Source: Octopus vulgaris (taxonomy: Eukaryota). From it: a stretch of 64,000 nt of DNA. Below are positions 50,225 to 63,668 of this stretch, in pieces (position 1 is the stretch's first letter; every line of letters begins with the position of its first letter). Location: contig OX597822.1 in NCBI GenBank assembly GCA_951406725.2, positions 4,278,001 to 4,342,000 on the forward strand. Direction: 5' to 3'. Position numbers and translations under genes: made by a program. Below the pieces are notes generated by a model, which searched no databases, was not told where the DNA came from, and was given only the letters and a program-made list of their open reading frames with translations.

Positions 50225-50821
50225 AAGAAACATAGGAAAGTTCAAAGAAAAGGAAGGAGGAGGAAAAAAATCGCCAACAGTCCAAGTGTAGTTACATTTA
50301 TATCCACTGAAGTTAAGAGCTCGACTTTTAATCTCTTAAACTTCAATATATTCTTACTTAAATGCAATAAACGTAAACGAAATGAATTTGCAGAGACATA
50401 AAATGGGCGAAGCGAATATTTTTCAGAATAATAAAATGTAAGTATTTCACTGATATCACAAAATTTCATTTTAAGCAAAGATTAAATGCATTGAAATAGA
50501 GTATCAGATTAACTTTTGCAATGAATAGATTAACAGTGACCTCGAAGTTTCGTTAGACTGCCTGGCAAAGCCAATGATCGTCGATACTTCGAAATCACTG
50601 TCAACCTTTTCATTACCCTCATGTGTACACTTATCTGTCGTCAGCGAGAACTTTTCGACACAATATACTGAAAGACAGTCTTACGGCTTTGAAAATGCTG
50701 TGAGCTTACGTGAAATGGTAACAAGTTTATATTTGTACTAATCGCTGTTTAGCGCTTCTAATTCACGTGTGTGTGTATGTGTGCACGTATATATGTACAC
50801 ACACACACACACACACATGCA

Positions 50822-50880
<59 letters not shown>

Positions 50881-51023
50881 TATTGTACTTATCCCCCGTC
50901 TTGTAAGGGTAATAATACCCACTCTTTCCGGTATCTTTATGGCTACACTTGTTTGTATAATGAGATACACATTCGACGCTTCTAAAAACAAAATAAAACT
51001 TTGTTTACATATGTTGTTGTTGC

Positions 51024-51086
<63 letters not shown>

Positions 51087-51159
51087 TGTGTCTGTATGTG
51101 TGTGTGTGTGTATGTGTGTTTATATATATATATATATATATATATACATAACATTTCTC

Positions 51160-52195
51160 CGTTTTTTCCGGCCTTGTTTTCGTATACATTCGCTGCTTTC
51201 TTCCAAGGAATCTAGTGCTCTTAGCTTAGTTTTTCCTTGGGGCAGGCCAGATTGGAGCAATCTTGAGTATAACCAGCCGAAATTGCAAAGATAATCTGGA
51301 ACTCGACTGAGGAAAGAAAACTCTGAATGACTCGTCCTTCTTTTCTTTGTATCGTCTGTCTGGCTGTTTTGTTGTCCCTTTTTGTATCATCTAACTGTTT
51401 GGATGTTTTGCGTTTTTGTCCCATTTTTGTATTTTTATATATAAAAATATAGCAGTGTACGTACACTTTGGTCTCTTATATATAAGTATATATATAAATT
51501 TTGTACGATTCTATTATTCTTTCTGTTCTTTGATTCTTTCCTTCTTTTTGTCAGCCCCTTCATGCTTACTATGTTCATTCCACTCTTCGTTCTTTTGTTC
51601 CCCCTATCTCACATTTCCTGGCCTTCTTTTCATGCACACCTTCCCTCCTCTTACACTTCACTCTCGCCTCTCCTTAATTCTTCTATCCTTCTGCTTCTAC
51701 CTCTCTCTCTTCTCTCCCCACGTGGCCGGTGTTCGGCCAAGCCTGACCTTTCTTTCTTGGTTCGACTACCATCCGTGCAACATCTATATTCCTCCCTGTG
51801 CCTGTCAAATCTGATGTCCCTGCCGTAAGGCTTTACTTCCACAGACGCCAGCTTAATTTAATTCGTCCTTATTCGAAAGGCACCTGTTGTTAATGTCCTG
51901 TTATTTGTATTTGTGTACCATTTCCCCGTTTTTTTCCGTCCTTGTTTTCGTATAAATTCGCTGCTTTCTTCCAAGGAATCTAGTGCTCTTAGCTTAATTT
52001 TTCTTTGGGGCTGACCAGATTGGAGTAATCTCGAGTATAACCAGCCGAAATTGCAAAGATAATCTGGAACTCGACTGAAGAAAGAAAACTCCGAATGACC
52101 CGTCCTTGTTTTCTTTGTATCGTCTGTCTGGATGCTTTGTTGTCCCTTTTTTGTATGAACTGTCTGGATGTTTTGCGCTCTTGTCCTATTTTTAT
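51160..52195 (+). mobile_element. family X repeat in partial tandem (51160-51440 and 51830-52195)
   Basis: Two direct copies of about 280 bp, the second extended 5'; homologous to 8903-9290. Confidence 0.8.
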
Positions 52196-52205
52196 ATTAT
52201 ATATA

Positions 52206-52283
<78 letters not shown>

Positions 52284-52307
52284 ATGTATGTATGTATGTA
52301 TGTATGT

Positions 52308-52856
52308 CAGGTCACTTTCGAGTGCTACTGGTAACATGTAACCCAGTACAACCTGTTGCATGGTCGTCGGCGAGTAAACCGGCAACCCAACCAAGCTTGC
52401 TTGGTGATGAGGGTGTTTATTGGATACCCTGCGGTATGAAAAATAAAACCCGTCAAAGGGCGGAGGAACACTTGAGAGTCAACAGCCATCCAATAAATGT
52501 CTTAAGGCTGTATCATGCGCGGGGATATGGAAATAATCGGACTGAATACCCGATCGTGCGGTTAAACCATTGTGAGTGAAGGACTCCTAGCCTTTGTTAG
52601 GGCATCCTTCTAGGAGACGGTACTCAGGTAACTGGGATAACTCCGACATAAAAATGCGGCTTACTGGTTACCGATGATGTTGACTTGTTCTTCTTTTCGG
52701 ATTATGGCTGCTGTTGCTTAGTGAGTGGGATTGACTCAGTACACAGCCTTTCCTCACTTTAAAATAAAAATCTTCTTGCACAGGCATTGCATGATAACAA
52801 CATTGATTAAGCTTCGCGCAATGGCCATACTCGATAACGAGGGGGCAGCCACCATG
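52308..52856. mobile_element. ~550-bp non-coding element inserted in (TGTA)n
   Basis: GC-richer island with (TGTA)n on both sides and no convincing ORF. Confidence 0.55.
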
Positions 52857-53214
52857 TTTGTATGTATGTATGTATGTATGTATGTATGTATGTATGTATG
52901 TATGTATGTATGTATAATTCAATTTGGGGGATTAATAGATATGCGGGTATTCTATTTCAGATAATACAAAAAACAACCTAATATCTGAAGGTAAACTCAT
53001 GGTATCTATCTGCACGTCATGAAATAATACTTTAAAGGATAGAACCAGTATACCAACAGAGTATAAAATATACTTTCTTAATTACCTCCTACTTAAGTTA
53101 AAATTAAAATTATCGATCATGAATGTACTACACGTGTTTCAGTATTGGAAGATTATAATATATATTGTATATTGTATATATACATGTGTGTGTGTGTGTG
53201 TATGTGTGTGTGTG

Positions 53215-53276
<62 letters not shown>

Positions 53277-53329
53277 CATCAGATTTACAATTCCACCAAC
53301 ACATCTTCAGGTTCTTTTTCAAAATATTG

Positions 53330-54075
53330 TTAATCCAATTTTACATCACCTTAAAATTAAGCGTTAAATTAAACTTTAAATGTTTTTTTCTTTGAAAAGC
53401 TGTTTATCTATAGTAAAAATGGATTCACTTTTAGACTCTGTTTTAAGTTCCTTTACAAACAATAAATCTTACACAATTTTCTGATCTTTAATAAAGCGAA
53501 CGTATCCTAAAAGCAATACTTCATTGCCTAGGAGAGTCGGCTGGTCCAATTGTAAACCAAATTGTTGATTTTTAAGTATTGTAAATAACATTTCCTCAAT
53601 GCCCTTAGCCATTTCATCAATTCTTTCCACAGATTTATTACTAAGTGGAATCATTATGATAATTCCACTTGGGGAAGGATGATGTACTACTGTAGGAAGA
53701 GCTTCTTCTAAAGCTGACAAAATTTGTTCTCCAATTGTATGAGGTTTCCCTGATCTGGCAATCATTCTTCGAGATATTCTATGCACAAACAAGTCCTTCA
53801 TCGCATTTCTGTGATTAGTTTGTCATAAGAATAGATTTTCTCTTGCAAAATTCATTTCGTTCAGTTTTAAAGAATGACAAATCTTTGTTTGCTTTATCGG
53901 GGTTTATCTTGTTTAAAAGATGCGAAAGCCTGGATGGCTTCAGAGCCTCATTCGAAAAAGCTTTCCCGTGAAAAAACATTGGCTGTTATTCATTATCAGG
54001 AGTAATAATAAATCCAAATATTCAACACTATATTGTCTATATTTTCGATTTAATGAGTTTTGCTGACATTATTAT
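53330..54075 (-). mobile_element. decayed hAT (Charlie/Buster, ZBED5-like) transposase fragment
   Basis: RQYSVEYL, EALKPSRL, IARSGKPHTIGE, IPLSN..VERIDEMA, FGLQLD, LLGYVRF. Confidence 0.85.
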
Positions 54076-54254
54076 AGGTGAACTCAAGCACTTAAAGTAA
54101 ACTAAAAGAAGTACAAATAATACCAACAACCACCATTAACTCCTCAAAAACGATTGAGGTACAAGGGTACTTTTTTCATGAAATAATAGGACTTTGTTGA
54201 AACAATAAAGAGGTTATGCCTGAAACACCAACTTTACAATAGTTTCTCCAACTA

Positions 54255-54705
54255 AATGATAAATTATGTACATTATTTACATTTGACGGATATTTGTCCT
54301 CATTTTGTTTGTTCTTAACACTTCATTTTGGCTGGTGTACTCTTCAGCCTTCATCAGGTGTCCTGGGGGAATTTCGAACCTGGGTTCTCATTCCTAAGGT
54401 ATGTTGTTGTTGTTACTATTATTGATATTATTATTATTATTATTATTATTACTATTATTATTTGCCTCGAATCGAACTCGACATCTTGGGGTTAGTAGCC
54501 CGCACTCTTAACCACAACGCCATATGCCCGTGGGCAATTATGGAGTGAATTTTAGGGCTTATAAATCTAATAGCTTTGTATCCTTCCTTAATACCGGTTC
54601 CCATATGCTACTCATCTCTGCACTAGGCCTGGTTAGGAGGTTATTATGTCCTTCTTCTTTTAGTTTTCGTATTTTCCATTATTGTTCTCTGTCTATTATT
54701 TTAAC
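54255..54705 (-). mobile_element. Penelope-like (Poseidon-like) 3' end: GIY-YIG C-terminus, tRNA-like segment, hammerhead
   Basis: VKIIDREQ*WKIRKLKE...EMSSIWEPVLRK (54560-54705); tRNA-like 54463-54529; CTGATGA motif 54318-54361. Confidence 0.7.
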
Positions 54706-55283
54706 TTCATCCCACAACACCGACAACACACGCCCACGGAGAGAAATTGGATGTTCCGGTAACTCTTTTAAGCACCGTCTCTCCAACCACAGGTCCTCCT
54801 TCAGAGTTCCGGAAAGGAGATACGTAACATCAATGGCCAGCCACGTCTGGCAACTAAGAAACGATGGGATTCCATACTCGATCTTATGGAAAATCCTCGA
54901 GAACCCAGGCCCCTACATCAACACGATGAAGCGTTACAAGTTACGCATAGCTGAACGTGCGAGGATCCTAAAGGACTCACTCGAACAAGGGAACATCCTT
55001 AATTCCAGAACGGAGATTTTCGGGCCATGTTTACATTTCAGGAAGTTTCTGCTAGCCTTCTGGAGCCCACAAGTTGGCGGCACAGGTGGAAGTCGACACC
55101 CTTAAGAAAAGGGAGATAATCTCCAATAGCTACCTTTGGGTAGTGAGACATTTCCTCCATATATTTTAAGAGGTCATGGGCCAACGGGGTTTTGCGATCT
55201 GACAATACGCCATAAAGTTAAACCAACACTTTATGGGCGGGAAATCTAAGGTAATCCCATAAACCGACCTTCCCCATTTTATA

Positions 55284-55285
<2 letters not shown>
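54706..55285 (+). mobile_element. Penelope-like (Neptune-like) GIY-YIG 3' fragment
   Basis: IGCSGNSFKHRLSNHRSSF...SHVWQL...WKILE...LNSRTEIFGPCLHFRKFLL. Confidence 0.85.
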
Positions 55286-55317
<32 letters not shown>

Positions 55318-55716
55318 CCGTTATTGGTGGGATCAACAAAAACAGTACCCCATCGAGTGAGCCTGAAGGACTGCTTAAAAGCACAAAGTATAAGATATAA
55401 ATATACCACTTTTTATAGTATGAAACTAACAGTAGCTCGTATTTGAGTTACTGTGTACATTTTATATATATGTGTGTGTGTGTGTATGTATACACGAATT
55501 CAGCGAAACTTTGTCTTTTTGTCCAAAATGAAGATGAACACCATGTGATCAGCCTGAAAATTCGTTAAGATATTAAGATAATTTTCTATTTTCTTAACAA
55601 GAAACCAGTGGTAGCCTTAATTCACAAATAAAGAAATTTTATCCACCAATGGCGGTGTCGAGTACTCATTTTCATCGTTTGACATTTACGCATATATATG
55701 TGCGTGTGTGTGTGTG

Positions 55717-55804
<88 letters not shown>

Positions 55805-55806
<2 letters not shown>

Positions 55807-56240
55807 GTGGTTGCCCGACCTACTATAAATAGTAGCCAACACTCTTTGAATCCATATCATACCGACTGAAATAAAGAGGGAAAAACTGAACTATGAATTT
55901 CAAAAAATATAAAATGGTGGGTAGTTAGAGCTGCAATATCTTTATCATTTATAGATATTTATCGTCATCGATTAAGGCTGCCCTGGGGCTAAATATCAAC
56001 AAACAATAAATATCGATGATGCAGCTTTTCTATCTGACTACTCGGCGTACAGGAAATAGCAAATAGCTCTCCCTTAAAACACGAATTATAGTCTTTAAAA
56101 TGAAGGACACATCTCATAACGTTGTCTTAAGTGTGCCTAAGGAGATGAGAATTTTTTGGCTGAAAGGTCTCTCATCATAAGTCTTTTTAACCTGATCCGG
56201 CCTCGGGTTAAACAATAGCAGTAGCAACAACAACAACGCA
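55805..56240 (+). mobile_element. two degraded tandem copies of an interspersed repeat ending gg(c/t)taaa(caa)n
   Basis: Mutual similarity (aaatag..a; cct(g/c)ggg.taaa..caacaa); a related piece lies on minus near 40555-40605. Confidence 0.45.
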
Positions 56241-56749
56241 ATAAACTATATGATCCTAGATACATTATATCCGGTAAAAGGAACAGAATATTCAAAATAG
56301 AACGATTTTTATTGCACATCTTCTGGATCATGACTGACCCGAGTTTAACAACATCGACCATAAAGTCTCCTGTCCATTTATCGATATTATTGAACAAAAT
56401 ATAAAGAATCGATTTGTTAGACGAGAATCTTTTCCGAAGAAATTATCAGACTGCTGGCAGCTATGGTTACCATTCTAAATATACTTTTGCGTGTGTATAT
56501 GTGTGTATCAGTTTCGTTGTGTGTATATGTGTATGCGTGTGTGTCCATATCTGTGTGCTTACCTGCTTATATGTGACTCACTGCCAGAGTGTGCCTTTCA
56601 TGAATGCGATTATGTGCCTAGGCATCTGTCAGCGTGTGTCTTTAGATGTATAGCTGCACATATATATATATATATATATTACAGTAACTTAAATATACAT
56701 ATGCTCTGTATATGTATGTATCACACACGTACATATTTGTATATATTCG

Positions 56750-56798
<49 letters not shown>

Positions 56799-56815
56799 AT
56801 GTATATATATACATA

Positions 56816-57615
56816 CAGGATGTTTCAAAAAATTTGATATCATTTTGTAATCTAATAACTTTGCCAGTTCTTGTTCAAAGGACTTCAAATTTCAACAGCA
56901 TGTGTGGAAACAGGTTGAAATTTTATGTTTAATGTTTGGTGTGTTTATCTTTTCAGGTATAGAAATGGCATTCACTGGAAGAGAAAAAGCGTTTTGTGTG
57001 CTGGAGGGATACTCGAACACAGTCGAACAAGACTGTACAGCGTGCATTTGTGAGAGAGTTCTCTAATTACCAACGGCAATGCAGATTTAGACATGGCACA
57101 AAAAACTCAAAGAGGGAGGCTGTCTGTGCATGGCAAAAGTATCTGGACGACCACTAACATGGGAAGAGACGGTCCAGCAGGTTCGCCAAAAACTCTTGCG
57201 AAGCCCCAAAAAGTCCATAAGAAGAACATCTCTGGAAATCCAGATTTTTCCAACAATAGTTTGGCGCGTCCTGAGGAAATGCTTGGCAATGAAACCCTAC
57301 AAGCTGCAGCTCGTTCAGGCCACAACGGCAGATAACAAGCGAAAGCGCAAACGATTCTGTGTTGATATGCAAGAGAAATTTGAAGTTCAAAAGACGTCTT
57401 GTTTCCTTCAAACCTAGAGGAACTCGAGCGGAGAATCACTACCGCGCTAGAGGCGGTTACCCAAGACATGCTACAGCGTGTTTGGGAGGAGCTGGACTAC
57501 CGACTTGACGTCTACCGTGTCTCAGGCGGTGTGCTTATTGAACATTTGTGAAATCATTCATGGAATCCACAGACCTTTGAATTTCTTATTCAAATTTGGA
57601 GGGATAAATCTTATG
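56816..57615 (+). mobile_element. Tc1/mariner element (DUF4817-type N-terminus), catalytic domain deleted
   Basis: TA|caggatgtttc end; MAFTGREKAFCVLE, SGRP, RSPKKSIRR, KPYKLQLVQ joined directly to DMLQRVWEELDYRL...GG.LIEHL*. Confidence 0.88.
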
Positions 57616-57854
57616 TTGCCCAACATTAAGCCTATTTAGTTTCTAACCTAAGGCCCCTTCATTGGAATATCAGTTATTTACATATATATATACACATATA
57701 TATACACATATATATACATATGTGTACACACACACACATATAGCACAACCTATAACTGTATATATATACACAGTTATAGGTTGTGCTTTTTTCGGATTTA
57801 TGTTTACGGACGAGATATATGTATGTGTGAGTGTCTGTGTGTGACTGTATGTAA

Positions 57855-57885
<31 letters not shown>

Positions 57886-57942
57886 TGTATGTATGTATGC
57901 ATGTATGTATGTATGTATGCATGCATGTATGTATGTGAAACC

Positions 57943-58155
57943 AGCGAGCTGAGGACGTTGTTTGCGCGCCGGACAAAATGATTAGCGCATTTCTTCTGGC
58001 TCTTTACCCTCTGAACTCAAATTCCACCGGGATCAACTTTGCCTTTTATCCCTGTGGGGTCGATAAAATCAAGTACTAGTCAAGTACTGGGGTCGATGCA
58101 ATCGCCTTACTCTTCCCCTTAAATCTACTGGTCTTGTGCTAACATCAGAAAGAAT
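57943..58155 (+). mobile_element. SINE A
   Basis: Core and tail motifs present. Confidence 0.8.
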
Positions 58156-58190
58156 TGATGCATGTATCTCTATATGTATACACACACACT

Positions 58191-58252
<62 letters not shown>

Positions 58253-58598
58253 TGCATATGCATCTGTAAGTATGTGTGTCGTGACATGTTGTATATTTTG
58301 ACATATATACGTATATATCCACATATAATTGCTTGGTATACGTCTGTATATGCACTTATTTCATGCTAAACTTCTGGAGCATTTTTACATATTTCTACAG
58401 TGCCTCTAATGGTTCGTTGTTGTAATTTTCTAATTAGCAATCTCCTATCAGATCTTTGAGGCGCTGAGCTTCTCACGTTTGATATTAGTTGGATATCCAA
58501 GTGCCCCAATAATTATATGTATACATATAGATAAGATGGAATAAATTTAAATTTAGCTATTCTTATTAGACCGGCACAGATGTTTTCATTTTCAATGT

Positions 58599-61090
58599 CA
58601 CTGGTCAACAGCCAATTTTCATCAGGGATGTTATCTGGTGTTTTATATGTAGTTTTGTCCGCAGATATTAAAAATGTAATCGGTTTCCTTCTATCAGGCA
58701 CAGTTATTTTCTGGTGAGATAAGAGAGGTGTATAACTCCCATCAGCAGTGGTGGAAGCACTCCGTCGGTTACGACGACGAGGGTTCCGGTTGATCCGATT
58801 AACGGAACAACCTGCTCGTGAAAGTTGTGGTGAAAGAGTACAGCAGGGGATCACCACCATCCCTGCCGGAGCCTCGTGGAGCTTTAGGTGTTTTCGCTCA
58901 ATAAACACTCACAACGCCCGGTCTGGGAATCGAAACCGCGATCCTATGACCGCGAGTCCGCTGCCCTAACCACTGGGCCATTGCGCCTCCACTCCCATCA
59001 GCAGTATCGCTACACGTAAACGTCTTTTACAGGTAAATTCTGATTTCTGTTTTATAACTATTTATATTCATTTTGTAATTTTATGTTTTCATAATCTTTT
59101 CATTTCATAAATTTTACTTTCTGTTTAAGGTGCCAAGTCATCATCATCATCATCAAATTCCACTCAGGATGTCAAGGCATTGCAAGAATAGTCCTGATAT
59201 ATTTTGTCATGTCTGTGGTTCATTTACCACCAAAGCCCAGCAACGTGCCATCACAAGTGAAATCAAGAAGATCTACCAGTTATACTTTGGCTGCTCTCTT
59301 GGGAAACAAGATAAGAGTTGGGCCCCGCACATCATCAGCTCAGCTTGTTCAAATGGACCAAGGGATTGGCTAAATAAGAGGAAGAGAGCAATGCCATTTG
59401 CAATACCTATGATATGGAGAGAGCCAAAGGATCGTTTCTTGGACTGTTATTTCTGCAACGTTAATGTATGTGGGTTTACAGTAAAGACCAAGTATAAGAT
59501 TGTGTATCCCAACTTGGAATCAGCAAGAAGACCAGTACCACACAACGATGATGATCTTCCTATTCCAATACCACCAGAAAATGGCCTTCAGATGTCTGAC
59601 GAAGATGTATACTGCTGTGGAAGACACCGATGTGGATGCAGATTCCATGATTGAAAATGAAGACGTACTACAGAAATGTTCTCAAGGAGAGTTAAATGAT
59701 TTAGTTAGAGACTTGTCATTGTCGAAGGATAAAGCTGAACTATTAGCAACTCACCTACAAGAAAAGTGCCTGCTTAATAAAGATGTTTGTATTACTCATT
59801 CCAGGAATAGAAATAGGGATCTGACTTCATGCTTCTCTGTTGATGGACTACTTTGTTTCAGTAATAACACTGATGAGTTATTTCGCTGTTTGTTCCAAGA
59901 GCATGTTCCAGCTGAATGGCGCTTATTCATTGACTCATCTACGAGAAGTCTCAAGGCAGTACACATCGGCAATAAGAAACCATCCATTCCCATAAGACAT
60001 TCAGTGCACATGAAGGAGTGTTATGAAAACATGCAAGTACTCCTCAATGCCATAAAATATAAAACTACAGCTGGAAAATATGTGGAGACTTGAAGGTGAT
60101 TGGAATGTTGATGGGAATGCAATCTGGGTTCACGAAATATTCTTGCTTTTTATGACTATGGGACAGTCGTGGAACTAACACGCACTATGTGCAATCAGAG
60201 TGGCCTTTGCGAAAATCATATGAGCCGGGAGTTTCTAGCGTCTAGCGTCCAAAATAAGCCACTATTAAATCCAGAAAATGTTCTTCTTCCTCCTCTTCAC
60301 ATAAAGCTTGGCCTCATTAAACAATTCGTGAAGACGTCAGGAAACGCTCAAAAGGTTTTGAATATGTGAAGGCCAAATTTCCAAAAATCACCAAGGCAAA
60401 ACTGAAGGAGGACGTATTCATAGGTCCGCAGATAAAAGAACTCCTGGAGGACAACCACTTCCTCACAGCACTGGATGAGATTGAGCTTAAAGCCTGGGAA
60501 TCCTTCAAATGGCTCGGTGAAAATGTCCTATGCAACAAGAGATCTCTAGAGTTTAGAAATGGAGTGAAATGTCTTCTAGACTCCTACGCTGCAATGGGCT
60601 GCCGGATGTCACTAAAAGTCCATTTCCTTGAATCACATCTGGACTTTTTTGCAGAGAACCTTGGAGCAGTGTCTGATGAGCAAGGGGAACGCTTTCAAGA
60701 TATTGCATCGATGGAACAACGACATCAAAGATTTTCGAACGCAGGAATGTTATACAGGGATGAACCTGAGACAAAGCACTATAGAAAGTCTAAATCCCAA
60801 AGATTTCAAGTTGTTATGCATTTGAGTGTATTCTAACTTATTTGTACACAATAATTTTTATTTCGTGCAATAAAAAGCCATGAAATTATCGTATCTTGTA
60901 TTCAATATACTTTATATAGACATGCTTTACGTATCCTGTAAGTTAAAACAGCAGGTATCATTAACATGAAAATGTGACCTGACAGAGGAAATCGGACTTC
61001 AGATTCGTAACCAGCATCAAAAATTAACCCAGAAAAGTCAATCAGCAACTCTCTGATTTTTTAAAAACAGGTTCATTTTGTTGACCAGTG
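58599..61090 (+). mobile_element. Chapaev3-like (CMC) DNA transposon, frameshifted transposase, both TIRs
   Basis: TIRs cactggtcaaca / tgttgaccagtg; SPDIFCHVCG, WAPH, WREP..DCYFC, WRLFIDSS..SLKAV, LPPLHIKLGL, MSLKVHFL.SHLDFF.ENLGAVSDEQGERF; superfamily name from recall. Confidence 0.85.
58750..58990 (-). mobile_element. SINE B (tail type 3) with internal deletion, nested in the Chapaev3-like element
   Basis: Perfect 15-bp TSD actcccatcagcagt at 58735 and 58991. Confidence 0.93.
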
Positions 61091-61551
61091 CAATCGTTAA
61101 TCATTATCTATGTTCTGTTATGGTTGTTTTTTACCAAGATCATGCCAAGAACACACCCAAAAGTCTTTCTTCACATTATGCATATTTATGCTATCTCATC
61201 ATTATAACTTCTTATATTTTTATCCTCGTGATTTTTCCTCCTACTGATGTCATTGTATAATGTTTGGGGCTAGGGTTATTACCACAGAGTCTGCATCGTA
61301 TATGCTACCTAATTGATTTACCTACATCCCTATAGTTTTACAATCATATATTTCAAAACGAAAGCTAATATTCCGGTTGGTGATTGCGACAGAAACTGAG
61401 GCCATTTTTATACATGTACATATGTGTATATTTGTTTACATAAAGGTGTACGCCTGCATGTGTGTTTGCGTAGATGTATGAGTAAGTGAGCGTGTGTGTA
61501 CGTGCGAGTGAGAGTTAATGTATACATTCATGTAGCTACTCAACTATCTGT

Positions 61552-62099
<548 letters not shown>

Positions 62100-62403
62100 A
62101 GAACTATTGTGTATTCATGTGTATAAAGATGTATGTGTTTAGTGTGTCACGTAAGTACCCATGCATGCACGTATGTTTGCATATATGAACTGATGTTTGT
62201 CGAGTATGTTTGTATGTATTAAACAGCTGCGTATGTATATGTATGTACATATGTGTTATTGGTATAAGTATATGCAGTTAGTATTATGAATGTGTGTTTA
62301 TGTATGTGTGTGTGCGTATGTATGTATATGTATCTAAGTGACAGCCCAAACAATATTTTGAAATGTTGCTCATATATATATGTATATATACATATATATA
62401 TAT

Positions 62404-62447
<44 letters not shown>

Positions 62448-62481
62448 TATCATATATCATATATATGTGTCTAGCTAGAGA

Positions 62482-62535
<54 letters not shown>

Positions 62536-62547
62536 TATGGATATATC

Positions 62548-62615
<68 letters not shown>

Positions 62616-63026
62616 TATGGATATATCATATGTGTGTGTGTGTGTGCGTGAGTGCGTGCGTGCGTACATATGTAGGTATGAGTGTATGTATGTATATGCG
62701 TACATATATCTGTCTGCTTGTATGTATGTATGTACGTACGTACGTATGTATGTATGTATGAGTGTCTGCTGAGAACCCAAACAAATATCGGTGTATATAC
62801 GTAAAAACTATAGAATAGCTAAAGCCTCCGGCGCAAACATTTTTTCCATCAATAATTTTGCTTCGGCCAAAATTCTGATTAATTAAGAATTTTTGTTTCT
62901 TCCACGCATGCGCTGAATCACGTTTGTATTTGCTTCTTTTTTTTCTTTAAATTTTTACCTTTTCTTCTAGTTTTGGTTTACGCTTCTTCCTTTTCTTCCT
63001 TTTCCTCTAAACATTTTGCATACGTC

Positions 63027-63097
<71 letters not shown>

Positions 63098-63668
63098 AGT
63101 TTGTTCAGAAAACTAGGCCAGTGATTTGGTAGAAATGGCAGACAACCAGATTAAACAACCCTATGGCGTTTAGTTTCCTTCCTTCGTTTGATTTTTTTTT
63201 TTACTAATTTTGTGTTTAAACTCCACAGGAAAGAATTAATAAAAAATATGTAATACCCTACAAAACAATAATATATTATAATATAATGCTAATTTATTCA
63301 GTTGACTCTATCATTCTCTTTCCAAGGGGTTTCATTTTACTTTCTTTTGTTTTTGTCCTTTTTCTTTTCGTGTCTAGTCAAACGAAGTAATTTTCACAAG
63401 GAAAATTTACGCAGGAAAAACGAGTAGTAAAATAACTAAGAGAACATCGTTTGATATTACGGAAAAGGATAAAATAACGTTAATAAATGTATCAAAACTT
63501 ATTTGTCTCATTAGAATATCGAAGAAGGCGATATCAACGTCATTGTCGAAATTGAGAAGGGCGGCTCTCGTAACCCCGCTAGTGACACACAGACAGTGTG
63601 GCATCCAGAGCAAATTATTGCCGTCCTTCTCGGATTCTTTGTCATATAAAACGTTTACTTAAAAGGGA

